Of a stretch of DNA of 64,000 nt, positions 24,575-38,400 are shown one piece after another (position 1 is the stretch's first letter; every line of letters begins with the position of its first letter). Both the position numbers and the translations under genes were made by a program. The stretch is from Eledone cirrhosa (taxonomy: Eukaryota): contig OZ024740.1 in assembly GCA_964016885.1 (NCBI GenBank), positions 383,036,001 through 383,100,000 of the forward strand, read 5' to 3'. The notes under the pieces are model-generated. The model saw nothing but the letters and a program-made list of their open reading frames with translations. It was not told the DNA's origin and made no database searches.

Positions 24575-25200
24575 AGCCACTGAAATTTAGGTATATAAAT
24601 GGAGTTCCATTTGAAGCAGGTCGAGAATTTCAAATATCTCGGGACCGTATTCACGAGTGATGGAAGGCGGGAGGATGAATCAAGTGCAAGGATTGCAAAA
24701 TCTGATCCAGTAAGGCACCAGCTTCAGCATTCAGCAATCAGAAGGGAGGTATATGTAAAAGCCAAACTCGCTGTTTTCCTGATCTTAACTAGGGTCATGA
24801 AACCCAAAAAGTCGATTGCAAATCAAGCGGCCAAAATGGGGTTCGCCTGAATAGTTTTGGGAGTAACTTTAGTCGATAAAATGCATAACTCGGAGATCAG
24901 GAAGCCGCTACTTCTGCGTTATGAGAGATCACAGCTCCAATACTATTGGCACGTGGTCAGGCTGTCTCAGGAAAGAATCGCTTGACATATTTTACAGTCA
25001 AAACTAACCGGCAGGGTCCCAGAGGTAGACGGCGAGCAAGGTAGTTGGACTACATCCATGTGCTTGGATGGACATGATTTGGAATCCAGTTGGATGAGTT
25101 AGAGCTGTTTGCTTCTGTCAGACTCACTGGAAGGAGTGTTTGAGGAGGACTCTGCCACCCACGACCCTTTCAGAAATATGTTGGCGAAGAAGATATTGTC
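24575..25200 (+). mobile_element. RTE-clade (Rex3/Expander-like) LINE, 5'-truncated
   Basis: LKQVENFKYLGTVFTSDGR..ARIAK, QAAKMGF, ERSQLQYYWHV and a GAAGAAGA-type tail. Confidence 0.82.
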
Positions 25201-26254
25201 AATTTAATTTTCAATTTACATACCATATCCACATGCATATACATTTGTTTATAATACCAATATGCACACTACATTTGTTAGCAGAAACCCGTCCGGGTTA
25301 TATATATAATGCTGTATTTCAATACAGAGAGTATACTATAATATTCAGATAACTTTACTATCTTCAGAATGTTTACATTTACTTGTCCATCGTGTTATCA
25401 AGATTAAATACGGTATATATATTATGAAATTCATAAGTTCTACTATAAACGGATTATTTTCTTGGTTGTCAAGTCCAGCATGACCAAAATTCTTAATCGT
25501 GATAGCTAAGAAAAGTATGGTTATTTCATATGCTTGTAAATTACTATTTTGTTTGGAAATAATGCTCAACTTATCTGTATTATCTTTTATTTTATATCAA
25601 GTAAGCGATAAATTCCAGTTAAGAATTTCTTTGCGTACATCATTTAGTATTGCATACTCAATCTATATTATTTGTAATTCTTTATTTGGAGGCCTTGTTC
25701 GAATAGCAGAATAGCGCACTCTTTAAGCATTCCATAAAAACCTGTACTCGGTGTGTAAATCTGAAAATGCCATGTGACTCAGTGTGTAACCTGGATGACT
25801 CTATGAATGTTATGTACAACTCATATTTGCTAGCTGAAATGAAGTCCCCTGCTCAACATCACAAATGTTTCGGTATCAATTCACTACCTTAAGATCGTGA
25901 GCCACACAATCTATCCTCTAAAACACGCGCTGACATTATTTGTGATAGTTGAATTAAACGAGAGTAGATTGCAAAACATCGTTCGGTAGAAAGACATTCT
26001 TCTGTACTTCCTGCCCTTAAAATTCCAGAGCAATCTCGAATCATTTCTATATTATGACTTGCTTGACACGCAGAATGAAATAATAATGTAGCTCATGAGC
26101 AAAAGGGGGTTAGAATAGTAAGAGAATCCTTAGAATTTCTATACATTAGGTCATACTATATTTCTGATCGTTGCACTGCGTGACTGAGATTCAATGGATT
26201 TTTCCCTTCCTTCCTCTACTCTTTTGTCAGGTTTATTTATCTCTAACAAATGAA

Positions 26255-26398
26255 ATACAATAACGTACGTGTTTTTAACTAGATAAGATTAAGATATAAG
26301 TATAATTCATCGAGTATATATCGAGTATATATATATGCTCGATGAATTATACTCTATATCTTAATCTTATCTAGTTAGAAACACGTAGGTTATTGTAT
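26255..26398. repeat. ~60-bp-arm inverted repeat around a TA-rich spacer
   Basis: TACAATAACGTACGTGTTTTTAACTAGATAAGATTAAGATATA-AGTATAATTCATCGAG versus its reverse complement, about 3 differences. Confidence 0.92.
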
Positions 26399-27989
26399 AT
26401 ATATATATATACATTTATACATTCACCTATGTACGTATTCCACTCATGCGTCAAATGTTTGAATAGGTAGAGGTCTGAGCAATTAACTAACATGCGCTGT
26501 TCAAATTGTGATTGTATTCTTTCTTTCTGTTCAAATTGTGTTGCCACGCTATTTTAATTTCATCATCATAATCATTTACAACGTTTGAGAAAATACTGCC
26601 AACTTCAGTGCGTGCTCATCTACACACACCAGCGTACACCATCATGCACACATATTCGTCTATGTATGTAAATAGTATATACTCACTTCGTAGTAATCAC
26701 AAAAAAAAAGAAAGTGTTTGTTCACAATAGTGGAACAAAGCTCCGTTTTTGAAATTTCGAGAACAAGTTTAGTTATATGCTAATTTCTTTTTCTTGCTGT
26801 ATTTCTATTAAGCTTTATAGATTGTATTTGGGAAAGATAAAATCTTGTTTTGCCTGAGAATCCCCAGGTTTGAAGATTGGCTTTTAGCATTTAGTAACAT
26901 AATAAAGTACACGTCCATAATTTAGACAAACACGCTCGATGTTTCGGAACAATTGTTCAGTTAGAATGAGGAATATTAATCGAATTTGAACCAATCTAGT
27001 TTTTTATATAAAAGATCATTCTCAAATTGTCAATATAAAATATCTGCATGCCCAATGGTAGCTTTGTAAACATTTTAAAAGCAATTTTCTAAAGTTATTT
27101 GCCATAGAAAGTGAGTAGTTTGTCAGTGAGGTTTTATTTGTTGTACTAAAAAGAAAGCCTATTTACTCGGAAATGTGTCGTGCAGCGGAGACTTAATTCA
27201 ATAAATAACATATTCTTATATATATGACAAACTAAATAAAACATGACAACAACGTAATGATCGTGATATATACCAAGTCGTGTTAATTCATATTTACTTA
27301 GGGCCTATGCATAAACCTCTCATTCAAACTGTTGATATATTATAAAATATAACACATAAAACATCTTTTGATATAGATAATTTTAATACCGCGCAACAAA
27401 CTAGGTATAATATGCGTTAACTTTTTATGGGAGTTTGATTTATCAGCTTTCCGTAAAATGTCTACGCATTAGAGATATCTGTAAAATTAGCAATATGATG
27501 TTATGAGTAATGTCTGGTATCTAATGGATTTTGTTTTTATTATATAGTGAAAATCACATGAATGTTCAAATTTCACAGGATGTGTCGAAATTATATAATA
27601 TATCGATAAAATTCAGTCAGATATAATACATTCAACAACCCAGTTCTTTTGCGAGTTAACCTGTTTTATCTTCGCTTTACTAATCTTTCACCACATAAAT
27701 ATTGCGTAAACGTTTTAGCAGTAAATTTCACTTCACCATATTTCTTTAGAGCAAAATCAACAGGCAGTAAACATATTTCATGTGGGAAATACAGTTTCTT
27801 CAGTAAAAAATCAACAGACAATAAACATATTTCAAGTAATTGGAAAATGTATAAGAATTCATTCTTTTGCAATTCATTTGAAGTTAATCAAATCGCTAGA
27901 GTACACGTTTGTAATTACTGCCTATCGCTCTTGTCTTTGTGTCCTATAAATAATTGCACCTTTTCGTCGCAGACATTACTTTGAAATCG

Positions 27990-28700
27990 ATATTAATGGA
28001 GCTAAAGTTCGAACCTCTACACAGTCACTTGAGCTGCTAGAATTAGCAACCAACATCTCCAAATTGTTCTGGAACAACAAACTACTATCTTAAAAATACT
28101 GAATACACTGTCGATCGTGGCCTTTGATATATTATATCCGAAAAAATGAATAATTTGTGTTACACAATTAATAGTTCATGGCAACGATCCTGACATGAAT
28201 ATTAAAGAGATATTTAAATAGTTGTGAACCTGTTTGTTTTTTCTGATACGTCTATTGTATTATTTTATTATATATGGCTGTGATATATGTCAATATTAAA
28301 ATTACCAATATTCCGAGGCTTCGGAAACTTGGCCAATAACATTTGTGGGCGGGTTACGTTCTAGAATATGAAGCCAGCTTTCTCACATATACTGTAACAT
28401 TGATTCTGCCAGGGAACTATGTTAAGGTTATGCATCAGTGTGAATGGATCAATCACATATACCTTGTTGCATGAGTCGGGCGTTTAGAGGATGAAAAACT
28501 GAATAGCTCTTCGTCGAAAACAACGGCTGATCAATTATTAGATATGTATTCGAGAAGTTTCTGCAGTTTTCACCGAGTAAATTTCGCTGGTAGCTAACCA
28601 GAAGCTACGATAGAAGACACTGTTCGAAACTGTGGCTCATAACGATGGGACCTAAAATACATGATTGCAGATCAAGGTTCATGGCCAAAGAGCCGTGTCT
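27990..28700. mobile_element. Cluster of old SINE relics
   Basis: CTGCTAGAATTAGCAACCAA and GATAGAAGACACT resemble octopus SINE segments as I recall them; highly diverged. Confidence 0.45.
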
Positions 28701-29132
28701 CTTGTTAATGCGAACGAGGATAATATTTACGGAATAAAGTTTTCTAGTGTACTAATAGAAATAAAACGTAATACTGATGTTTATTGATCGGAAACTAGCA
28801 TTTGATTCCCTAACAATTATCTTGTATCAGGATTTATTTAGGCATTACCACAGACACTTGTATTCACCACCTTTTAATCGAGTTGTATCAGCCTCTAATA
28901 AATACACTAAATACATACAAACACGAACACATGTTCGCACATGCTTTTTCATTGTCTCTATTACTATCGTATGCATTGAGATGCTGAGTATGAGATCTGG
29001 GGGATTATAGAAACATAAAACTCTGCACTTATCTCATAAGTGTAACAACTAAAATCTAATAGACAGACCTAAAGAAAATTTTTATTACGATCAAGTTCTT
29101 TCTCGGAATTTCTGTATATGTCTCTTTCTGTA

Positions 29133-29233
<101 letters not shown>

Positions 29234-30784
29234 CTGTCTCTCTCTTTCTTGTCTTCCGCCAGTGAAAAGAAAAAGAAAAATTGGCAAAAATTAAAACTAA
29301 ATAAAGAGACAAAACTACACAATTAATATATTATGGTGCAATAAACATACATTAAATCATCTTGTCCCCGAAAACATTACATCCGCTATCAAATGGGCGC
29401 ATGCGTCCATCTTATGAGAACAAATCATTGATTAGCTTTCATTTGACTCTCCCTTAAGTTTCCTCATCTGACTACACTACTGCCTACATCCTACTACCTC
29501 CTAACACTCTATTTCTCAGCCACTACCATTCTTCACCCTCCCATTCTTTCTCTTTATTTCCACCCACTACTGTGTGTCGCATTAGATGCAACCTTCCTAG
29601 CAACACAGTCCCTATCACTGCGCATAACGGACAAGAGATCATCGCCTAATACAGTTTTCTACGGGCTGAATATCACAAACGCCTCTACTCACGTGCGCTG
29701 CATCATTTCGATAGCACATATAAAAACGCCTTTGTCCTTTTCTAACTCTCCCATTATGAATCCATATTTTGATAAGATCATCATGCTAAATAAAGAACAC
29801 CGGGTTACACAGGGTTATATTAGATTTTTCAAAAGAACGACGACTTGCAAAAGTGTCCAATTTGACATGAAGCTTCAATAGCAGGAAAATCAGTTCATTC
29901 CACTACTGCTCTTAAAGTGTTTGTGAAAGGGATGAAGGGAAGGTGTTCACCTATTTCTTTTATCTATCGATTTTGTGTATTCGGTGAGTCTATTTAAGAA
30001 AGCTGTTCGTTTTATAAAAACTAATAGTTTTCTAAGGCATGCATAATTCCGAAAATAAATTAAAATATTAGCACTCAAAGGATAATGTAAAATCTTCAAA
30101 CAAAATTCCATTTAAGGTTAGTTATTTATTGGGAAAATAACATTTAAATTGTCAGAGCAATCGATTTTAATGAAGTATCCTTCATTAAAATGGCATGAGA
30201 AAAATAATCAATATTTAATGATTCTCTGACTATTAACTTTGCAACGTTTCTCTTGAATCGTCCAAGATATTGCAGAAAGTTTTTGTTAGGCTCGCAAAGA
30301 TTTCACTAATGGATGAGAAAGATTATGGGCAGGATGCAAACACTTTTCATTATACTGGTTATAATATATATAATTACCTAACTATCTAAACATCCTCTCC
30401 CTATATCTGACGCTCTAGCATTTTATCTGAATCAGCAGTAATTATTCTTACGGATTTTTCAGAGAATCATTCACAAATCGATCTAAATAGATATCTGTAG
30501 TTGCATCATCATCAATATTATAATCATCATCACCATCATCATTATTGTCACTATTATTATTATTAGTATTATTATTATTGGTCTGTTTGGAGGTCTTTTT
30601 TGCTCGCTCCCAGTAAGTAGATTTATTTGCCTGTTAAAATTATTTGTTGTTAAATATTTCTTGTTGTGTAAGGGATATAAGCCCTTAGACTTTGCCCTGT
30701 GAAGGGGAAAGTAAAATATTTGGTCCTTTTGGGCCAAATATTTGAACATTTTACTTTTAAAAAATAAATTGTTTAAAAAAAAAC

Positions 30785-32520
30785 ATGGCTGAGCCACGCC
30801 ACCCAGCAATATGTCTGATGTTGTCTGACAACGGTGTAAAAGTTGAGAGGATGGTTACAAAAATTGTTACAACAGACACCACCACAAACAACGTGAACAA
30901 AGACAACACTGGGAACACTAATTTTGAAAAACTAACAGCAACTACAAGAATAACAGCGTCAACTAAAATACAGACAGCAGAAAACAATGACAACAAATGC
31001 AACAACTATATTAACACCACTAACAAGAAAATAAACAACGACAACACCAACAGCAACAATACAAATTTCACCGAAAACAGCAACAGCAGTGGCACCAAAA
31101 ACACAACCAACTACAACAACACCAAGAACACCGTTCGTAGCAGTAGCAAATGCAAAAACACCAACAACAAGACCAGTAGCGGCAGCAATAAGGGTGCCGC
31201 TGAAAAAGGGGCCACTTCTTTCGCAGGTGTGGCCCGAAATATAGAAACAGTGCTAGTCACGAAGGAGGAGATGGCAGTCGCAAGAGCCATGGTGTCGAGA
31301 AACGACAACATAGTTTCCCTGAAACCTCCACCCGATTTCTTCAAAGACCAGCAACTGCGCACGGTGACTTACCGCACCGTAAGCAAAATGTCGTATCGGG
31401 TGGAGAGAGACACGGAGGCTCAAATCCCAAAAGACTTGGGGTGCGTCTGGGCGCGCAAAACGCACATCACCCGAGGCAAAAAGTACAGCACAGTAGACGT
31501 ACTTTTCGCCACCCCCCAAGAGGCGAAGTCTCACTCTTTAGAAACCCTAAAGAGTGAGGAGATAGTCTTGGTGCCTTCCTACTGCAGACAGAAAATTGTG
31601 AGGCTGAAAGTGACCCCCCCCCCCCACGTGCCCATGCCTTGGCTGGCCGCGTTTGTACTGGCTGGAATCGAGGAGAAGACCACCATATAGAGAATGGAGA
31701 GCGAGAACTGGTCAGGAATATGTATGCAAATGCTAATACAAACTGACCAAAGCGCATCGAGGCCTTCCCAAACCTCATAGAGCTCGAAGTAGGGCTCCAT
31801 CTCCCTATAAGCGTGGAAGGAAGGCGCCCAAATTACTATCTCTGTGGGCAGAAGTGTCACATCAAGACCGTCTTCCCGCAGAAGACATCCAATAAGAGGG
31901 CCCCCCTCCTCCTTCCGACGCCTGACCGGCTGCTACCAAGAGCAGGGAAGGCAACAGAGGCAGAAAACCCTTCCATGGTAAGTAAGACGGCAACGTCCGT
32001 GGCACCCATACCAAGGCCACGGACAACAAAAACAGCGGCACAAGTGGTGGCAACACCAACAGTAGCTATGACGGCGTTAATATCGCCGGAGTGGGCTCCA
32101 CTACCACCACCAAAAGCAATGGAGCTCATGCCCCTCCTGCACGCCTCGGTGTCCCACATGGAGTGTGAGGCGGGAGGGAAGTGGCAAACGGTCTGCCACA
32201 AAAAAATAAAAAAAAAAAAAAACCCTTAGCTTCACCCTCCAAAAGCGAAGGCAGACAAAAAGGGGTAAAGGCTACAAGAAGACTTGCAGCAACACCACCA
32301 CCATCACCATCACAAGCATCACCACCAACAAAAACCTCACCACCACCTGCATCACCAAAAACACCAACATCGCAAACACAACAAAACTCACACTCAACAG
32401 CAACAAGAAAACAGCCACAAAATCGCCCCTCCATCCAAAATGTACACAGCCATAAACATGGCAAATAAAGAACTCCTACTACACATAAAGCAGCACACAG
32501 ACATCACAGAAAAAAACTGA
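30785..32520 (+). pseudogene. Tx1 ORF1 remnant (Asn/Thr-rich N-terminus, SFAGVAR motif, gag-like zinc knuckle, Pro/Thr-rich C-terminus)
   Basis: ORF 30785-31690, then EGRRPNYYLCGQKCHIKTVFP (degenerate CCHC) and WQTV..KK. Confidence 0.75.
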
Positions 32521-32621
32521 TGCACCCCACCAACACCAAGAACAACTCTCCCGACAAATATAACCTCACCACACGATCAAGGTAAGTGATCCTTTCTCAC
32601 TTACCCCGTTTCTCATCCAAC

Positions 32622-35120
32622 ATGGCCATACTTAGAGTAGACAGTATAAATGTACGTGGCCTGGGCTCATCTTCGAAGCAGGGTCACCTGCTCAACAACC
32701 TCAGGTCACTAAACATAGATGTGGTGGCCTTCAGCGAGACCAGAATCTCCGAAGCACGAGCCTTCACACCGATATTCGGTGGCTACGATGTATACGCATC
32801 TCCCAGCCGTCCAGGATCGGGGGAAAGGGGTTGCCGTGCTTTTTCGGAGAGGCTTGAATATCGCCATACTGGCCATCTTCCTGGACCCAAAATGTAATTC
32901 GGTGGTGCTGGACGTGACCGGCAGTGAAGACAATGTTTTCAGGCTAGTAGCCATCTACGCCCCAACAGGGGCAGAACGGCCAGATTTATTCAGACGTCTA
33001 GAGACCTTTCTTAAAACGTCCCGCTCTTTAGTGTTAGTGGGCGACTGGAACGGTATCTTAGATGCACGCTGGGATTATGTGGGCCTAGTAGACAGGGTAG
33101 GAGGGTGTACAAGCCTCAACAACCTGCTCAGACGTTTTGAACTGTCTGACAGGTATAGACTGGATTATCCGAATGTGCCAATGTGGACATGCGCAAACCG
33201 CATCGGGTCATCCAGATCGTATTTAGATAGGGTATTCTGTAGAGAAACAGAAACGGCCAGTGTAGGTTGTCCACAATTTAAAGTAGTCGACTACACGAAC
33301 AACAAATTTGTGATCTGTGAAGTTGACTTAGACAGACTCCATAGGCAAGGGCCCGGCCACTGGAAGATAAACGCGTCGTTTCCGGCGCGCAAATCTTACA
33401 GAGACCGGATTAGCGAATTAATTAAGCATGCGTTGACGGGTGCGAACGTCATCAACAGATGGTGGTTTACCCTGAAAAGGGCTATCTGAGTAGAATCGAT
33501 AAGGTTTAGCAACGGAGTAGTGATAGAGGAAAATAGAATAGGGGGAGTGTTAGTTAGAAAGCTAGACGAGGCGTTTAGGACAGGCATCGCAACCGACGTC
33601 CTTGCGGCGAGATTGGCACTCGAGAAATTCTACAACGCAAAGCATGAAGGCTGCGTTGTCAGAGCTAGAGCGCGTGCTCTAAAACACGAGGGGACGGAGG
33701 TCGTTCAATAGGTCCCGGTGGTGGAGGCGCGACGTGGCAACAAGTCCACAATTCGGTCATTGCCTGATTAAAATGGGCGCATGTTGCTCGAACCCGAGCA
33801 GATGTGTGCGGCTTTTCAACAGCCCTTTTCTCAATTGCTCGGAAGCGGTGGCAGGCCGGTCAGAGTATGGACGTTCAGCATCATGCGCTCGGTCCGCCAG
33901 GGTTGCCCCCTCTCGTCCCTCTTGTACGTGCTGGCCGCGAACTGGGATGCGGGAGATCCGTGTCAGCTTACGCCGACGACGTCACGGTGGTGGTGTCGAG
34001 CACCAAGCACGTCCAGATGCTCGGCACCGCTCTCAAGGTATACGAAGCGGTGACAGGAGCAAAGATAAACCAGGAAAAGTCGGTGGTTAGCAACTCGGCA
34101 CCTGGAGAGGCAAGTCCATGCCGTCCGACAGCTTCGTCGGGCACTGGACGGAAGGACCGATTAAATTGCTCGGGGTCTGGTTCAGTCCGGACATCCAGAT
34201 GGAGAAAAACTGGAGCGAAGTGACGAGCAGGGTGGCCACTCTCACCCAGAAATTGGTTGAGAGGAGGCTGTCTCTGAAAGGTCGGGGAGGTGGCGAATGC
34301 GTACATAGCGTCCGTCATCTGCTACTGCCTGACCGTCATACCATGCCCACCGCCCAACTTTGACCAAAATGGAGCGCCTTCTCTCCCGCTTTTTGTGGAA
34401 GGGATGTGCTCCCGTGGTCAGATGATCTATTTGCTGACAATACCCGTTGCGTGGAGGACTAGGCATGCCGTGGCTGATGAGAGCAAACATGCGCTGAGGC
34501 TGCGACATCTCTGGTGCTTTCTTGACGGTGAAAGGTGTGGTCGCCGTTTTCCAGACGCGCTTTCCCCAGCTCGTCTCCTTGACGGAGCTGCAGTCCTGGA
34601 TTAGGAAAAGACTGTGGGATAGCGCCTGGAAGCTGGAATGTCTATAATCGCTCACGCGCTTTACCGGCTGGGAACTAGTATCGGTGGTGCTGTCAGCCGA
34701 GCCTGTCCGAGAAGCGCGCAGGGTAACGTAACCGTCCTGCACGCACTCGTTCAGTGCCCGAGGATTGCTGACTTGTGGAACTATGTCGAACAGCTGCTGT
34801 CGCGTGTAGGCCTGATCAGGTTATCTACTGAGTACATTGTGCAATATCCCCGCCATCCTACTTTAAAGGAGGAAGGGCAGGCAGTTTTCATCTGCCTGGT
34901 GGCTATGGCGAAAGAGATTGTGTGGTGGACAAGATTAAAAGGGTTGAAGACTGAAACTTGCCTCTCCGGTCAATCTCTAATTAACTGTTTCAAGTTTCAC
35001 TTGAAGAGGAAAATCATGGTGGAGGGGCAAGTGCTGTCTTCTAGTAAATTTGTTGAAAGGTGGGTGAAAGTGGCAAAGTCTGGTCCGAGTGAACGGTACC
35101 GCTCTGAGTATACGTCTGTA
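32622..35120 (+). pseudogene. Tx1 ORF2 remnant (APE endonuclease plus partly deleted RT)
   Basis: MAILRVDSINVRGL, AFSET, AIYAP, VGDWN, SYLDRVF, WKINAS, SVRQGCPLS and SAYADD. The RT N-half is deleted near 33850-33870 relative to 1-2838. Confidence 0.88.
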
Positions 35121-35389
35121 GACTGCGGAGTGGTAAAGTGAGAGAGGGCGCTTGACCTGGTAGTCAGGGTGGCCTTGGCCTTTTGTTTGGTTTTCACCAC
35201 GAGTAACTCTCGGAGGTTTCCCCCTTTTTGCGGAGTATTTGTTGTTTGGATCTTTTGGATTTCTATCCCGATTTCTATCTTGTTATATCCTATTTAAACG
35301 ACAAAAACCCACTTTGTATCGTCCTGTACTGTTCTGTGCCGTCTCTAATTTTTTTTTTCGTGTCAGCCCTTCGTGGCCAATAAAGAAAC

Positions 35390-35390
<1 letters not shown>

Positions 35391-35447
<57 letters not shown>

Positions 35448-35456
35448 GTTGTTATT
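35391..35456. repeat. (ATT)n tract shared by the Tx1 and R4/Dong 3' ends
   Basis: Read directly. Confidence 0.95.
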
Positions 35457-38400
35457 ACACTTTGAGTCTCAGTCATTGATGTAAGTTAACTGGAAAGTTT
35501 GTTGAGATGAATATCAAGCCACTACCTGCAGCCTCAGATATTCAGGACGTATCGGAGGGTTCTTGCTGTTCCCAGCAAGCATGCCTTTTGAAGCGTTCCA
35601 AAAAGCGTGAAGGGGCCAATTTTCTTTAACGATCCCTGGAAACTTTTGGAGATAGTCCCTAGTGCGCCTATGACAATCGGGATCACTTTGACTTCATGGC
35701 AGTTCCAAATCCTTTTTACCTCCCACTTTAAGTCCTGGTATCGGTTAATTTTATCCCTCTCCTTCTCTTGCACTCTCGTGTCGAATGGGCAGGCTGCAAC
35801 CACAATCAGGCACGATCTTTTTTCTTTGTCCAAAACCACCAGTTCATGTCTATTGTTTTCCAGTTTATTGTCCGTCTGTATACTAAAATCCCACAGCACC
35901 TTCACCTGATCGTTTTCTATCACCGCCTCTGGCTTATGCTCATACCACTTCTCAGAATGTGGTAAATTGTTTACTATGCATAGGTGCCAGTGGATCACCC
36001 TGCCCATCACGTCATATCTCAAGCCCTTATAGTGAGTCTGGGCTAGGTGTTTACACTCGGATACAATGTGAGCCACAGTCTCCTCTCTCTCCCCACAGAT
36101 CCTGCACAGTGGGCTAGCCTCCTCCTTGTAAACGTGGTGTTTCAACCACTTCGTTTTGAGGGCCTGCTCCTGCGCAGCCATTAACATTCCTTCTGTAGCC
36201 TTTTTAAGGTCTCCTCTTTTCAACCAGTTCCATGTCTGTGGATCTCTAAATTCAGTTTTCTCAAAGAAGGTACTATGAAGGGAATTTTCCTGAAGGCTGC
36301 TCCTACTCCTTGATGTTATTTCCTCCTTGGACATCCCCTGGCCTATTATCCCCTCCTTCAGTACAGTTCTGAGCGTTGGCTCTTTACTATCAGTCACGTA
36401 TTTGTGTAGGTTGTTTTTCTCGATCTGAACACAGTCCTCTATGCTGATAAGACCTCTTCCACCCTCAGATCTCCTTAAGTAGAGTCTATCGACATCACTC
36501 CTCTTGTGGAGCATATTGTAGATAGTCAATAGCTTCCTAGTCTTCCTATCCATTTTTTTTGTTCAGCCACTTCGTTTAGAGAGCCTGCTCTTGCGCAGCC
36601 ATTAGTGTTCCTTCTGTAACCTTTTTAAGGTCTCCTCTTTTCAACAAGTTCCATGTCTGTGGTTCTCTGAATTCAGTATTCTCAAAGAAGTTACTATGAA
36701 GGGATTATTCATGAAGGCTGCTCTTTCTCCTTGTTGTTATTTCCTCCTTGGACATCCCCTGGTCTATTGTCCTCTCCTTCAGTACAATTCTGAGCATTGG
36801 CCCCTTACTCTCAGTCACGTATTTGTGTAGGTTGAATTCTCCATCTTAACACAGTCCTTTATGTTGATAAGCCCTCTTCCACCTTCAGATCTCCTTAAGT
36901 AGAGTCTATCGACATCACTCCTCTTGTGGAACATGTTTTAGATAGTCAATAGCTTCCTGGTCTTCCTATCCATTTCTTTTTGTTCAGCAACATTCCATCT
37001 CAGAATTCCCGCATTGTACCTAATAATGGACACTGCTCGGGAATTTACTCCACTTATGGCATTCCTACTGTTCAGATGTGACTTTAATACGCTCCTTATT
37101 CTCCGAACGTATTCAGATCTTATCAATTCCTTCATTAATTTGTTCTTTATGTCATCAGCCTCCAGAACAGCTAAATACTTGTATCCTTCTTCAGTGTCAA
37201 TTTCCTTTATTATCTCACCTGTTGGTAGCTGGATTCCGTTGCTTCTGCTCAATTTACCACTCTTCATCACAAGGACTCCACACTTACTAATACCAAATTG
37301 CATACATATATCATTGCTGAAAATAGGGACAGTGTCAACAAGCCCATCCAACTCCTTCTCATTCTTCCCAAAGAGCTTAAGATCGTCCATGAAGGGGAGG
37401 TGATTGATGGTAAGCTCTCAATTTCCCAACTTGTATCCTACTCTTGCGTTTCGCAGTATAATGGTCAGAGGCATCAGGGCAAGGACAAACAACAGAGAAG
37501 ACAGACTATCTCCCTGGAAGATACCTCTCTTGATTTTCACGACTCCCAAGGATTCTCCAGCTGATGTTAACTCTGTTTTCCAGGACTTAATACTTTTGCT
37601 GAACAACTGTCTGATGTTATCTGCACCTTGATGATCTCTAGGCTTTTGGTGATCCAAGAATGAGGCAACATGTCAAATGCCTTTTTGTAGTCTATCCATT
37701 CCATGGCAAGAGCAGTGTGTCTCCTCTTGCAATTCCTCATTACCATCTTATCAATAAGTAACTGGTCCTTTGTACCACGGGACATCTTTCGGCATCCTTT
37801 CTGTTCGTCCGGTAACAAGTTGTTTGTGTGGAGGTGATAGTAGATTTCCTCAGACACAATGCTTGTCAATAGTTTCCACATTACGGACAGACATGTGATA
37901 GGTCTATAGTTTGTAACATCATTAGCCTTGATTCGGTCTTTCATTACCAGAACTGTGGTACCTTTTGTCAACCACTCTGGTACCTCACCTGACATCAAGC
38001 AGTCGTTGAACATGGTTGTCAGTTTCGGGTGGAGGGATGTTATATTTTTAATCCAATACCTCTGCACACCATCTGATCCTGGTGATTTCCAGTTGGTTAG
38101 TTTTTTGGCCAACCCCTTAAGAGTTTCAACTGTGATGCTCAAATCAGTTTGTTGGTGTGCCTGTTCACTAATCTCCTTTTGTACTGTCTCAATCCACACT
38201 GCCTGGTCATTATGTTTAACATCCTGCTCCCATATTCCCCTCCAGAATGTCTTAGTTTGTTCCGCCTCAGGGATCAAGTCGTTGCCTCTTTCTTTCCCTT
38301 CAAGCTGTCCAAACAACATCTTCTGGTTGTTGTCAAACATGCGGTTCTGTCTATACTGACTGACGCTGCTCTCGTATCGCCTAATTTTTGCACTCTTTAC

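Larger units (their letters stand above)
30580..35390 (+). mobile_element. Tx1/L1-clade element with probably both ends, degenerate and internally deleted, inserted in (ATT)n
   Basis: Begins after (ATT)n at ~30553-30579. ORF1 and ORF2 remnants. Ends AATAAAGAAACC(ATT)n. Confidence 0.9.

Noticed and set aside
29350-29720. Possible Penelope 3' relic after the (TG)n tract
   Set aside because: Only vague resemblance (GCGCATGCG, pyrimidine-rich tract); no convincing protein or ribozyme motif
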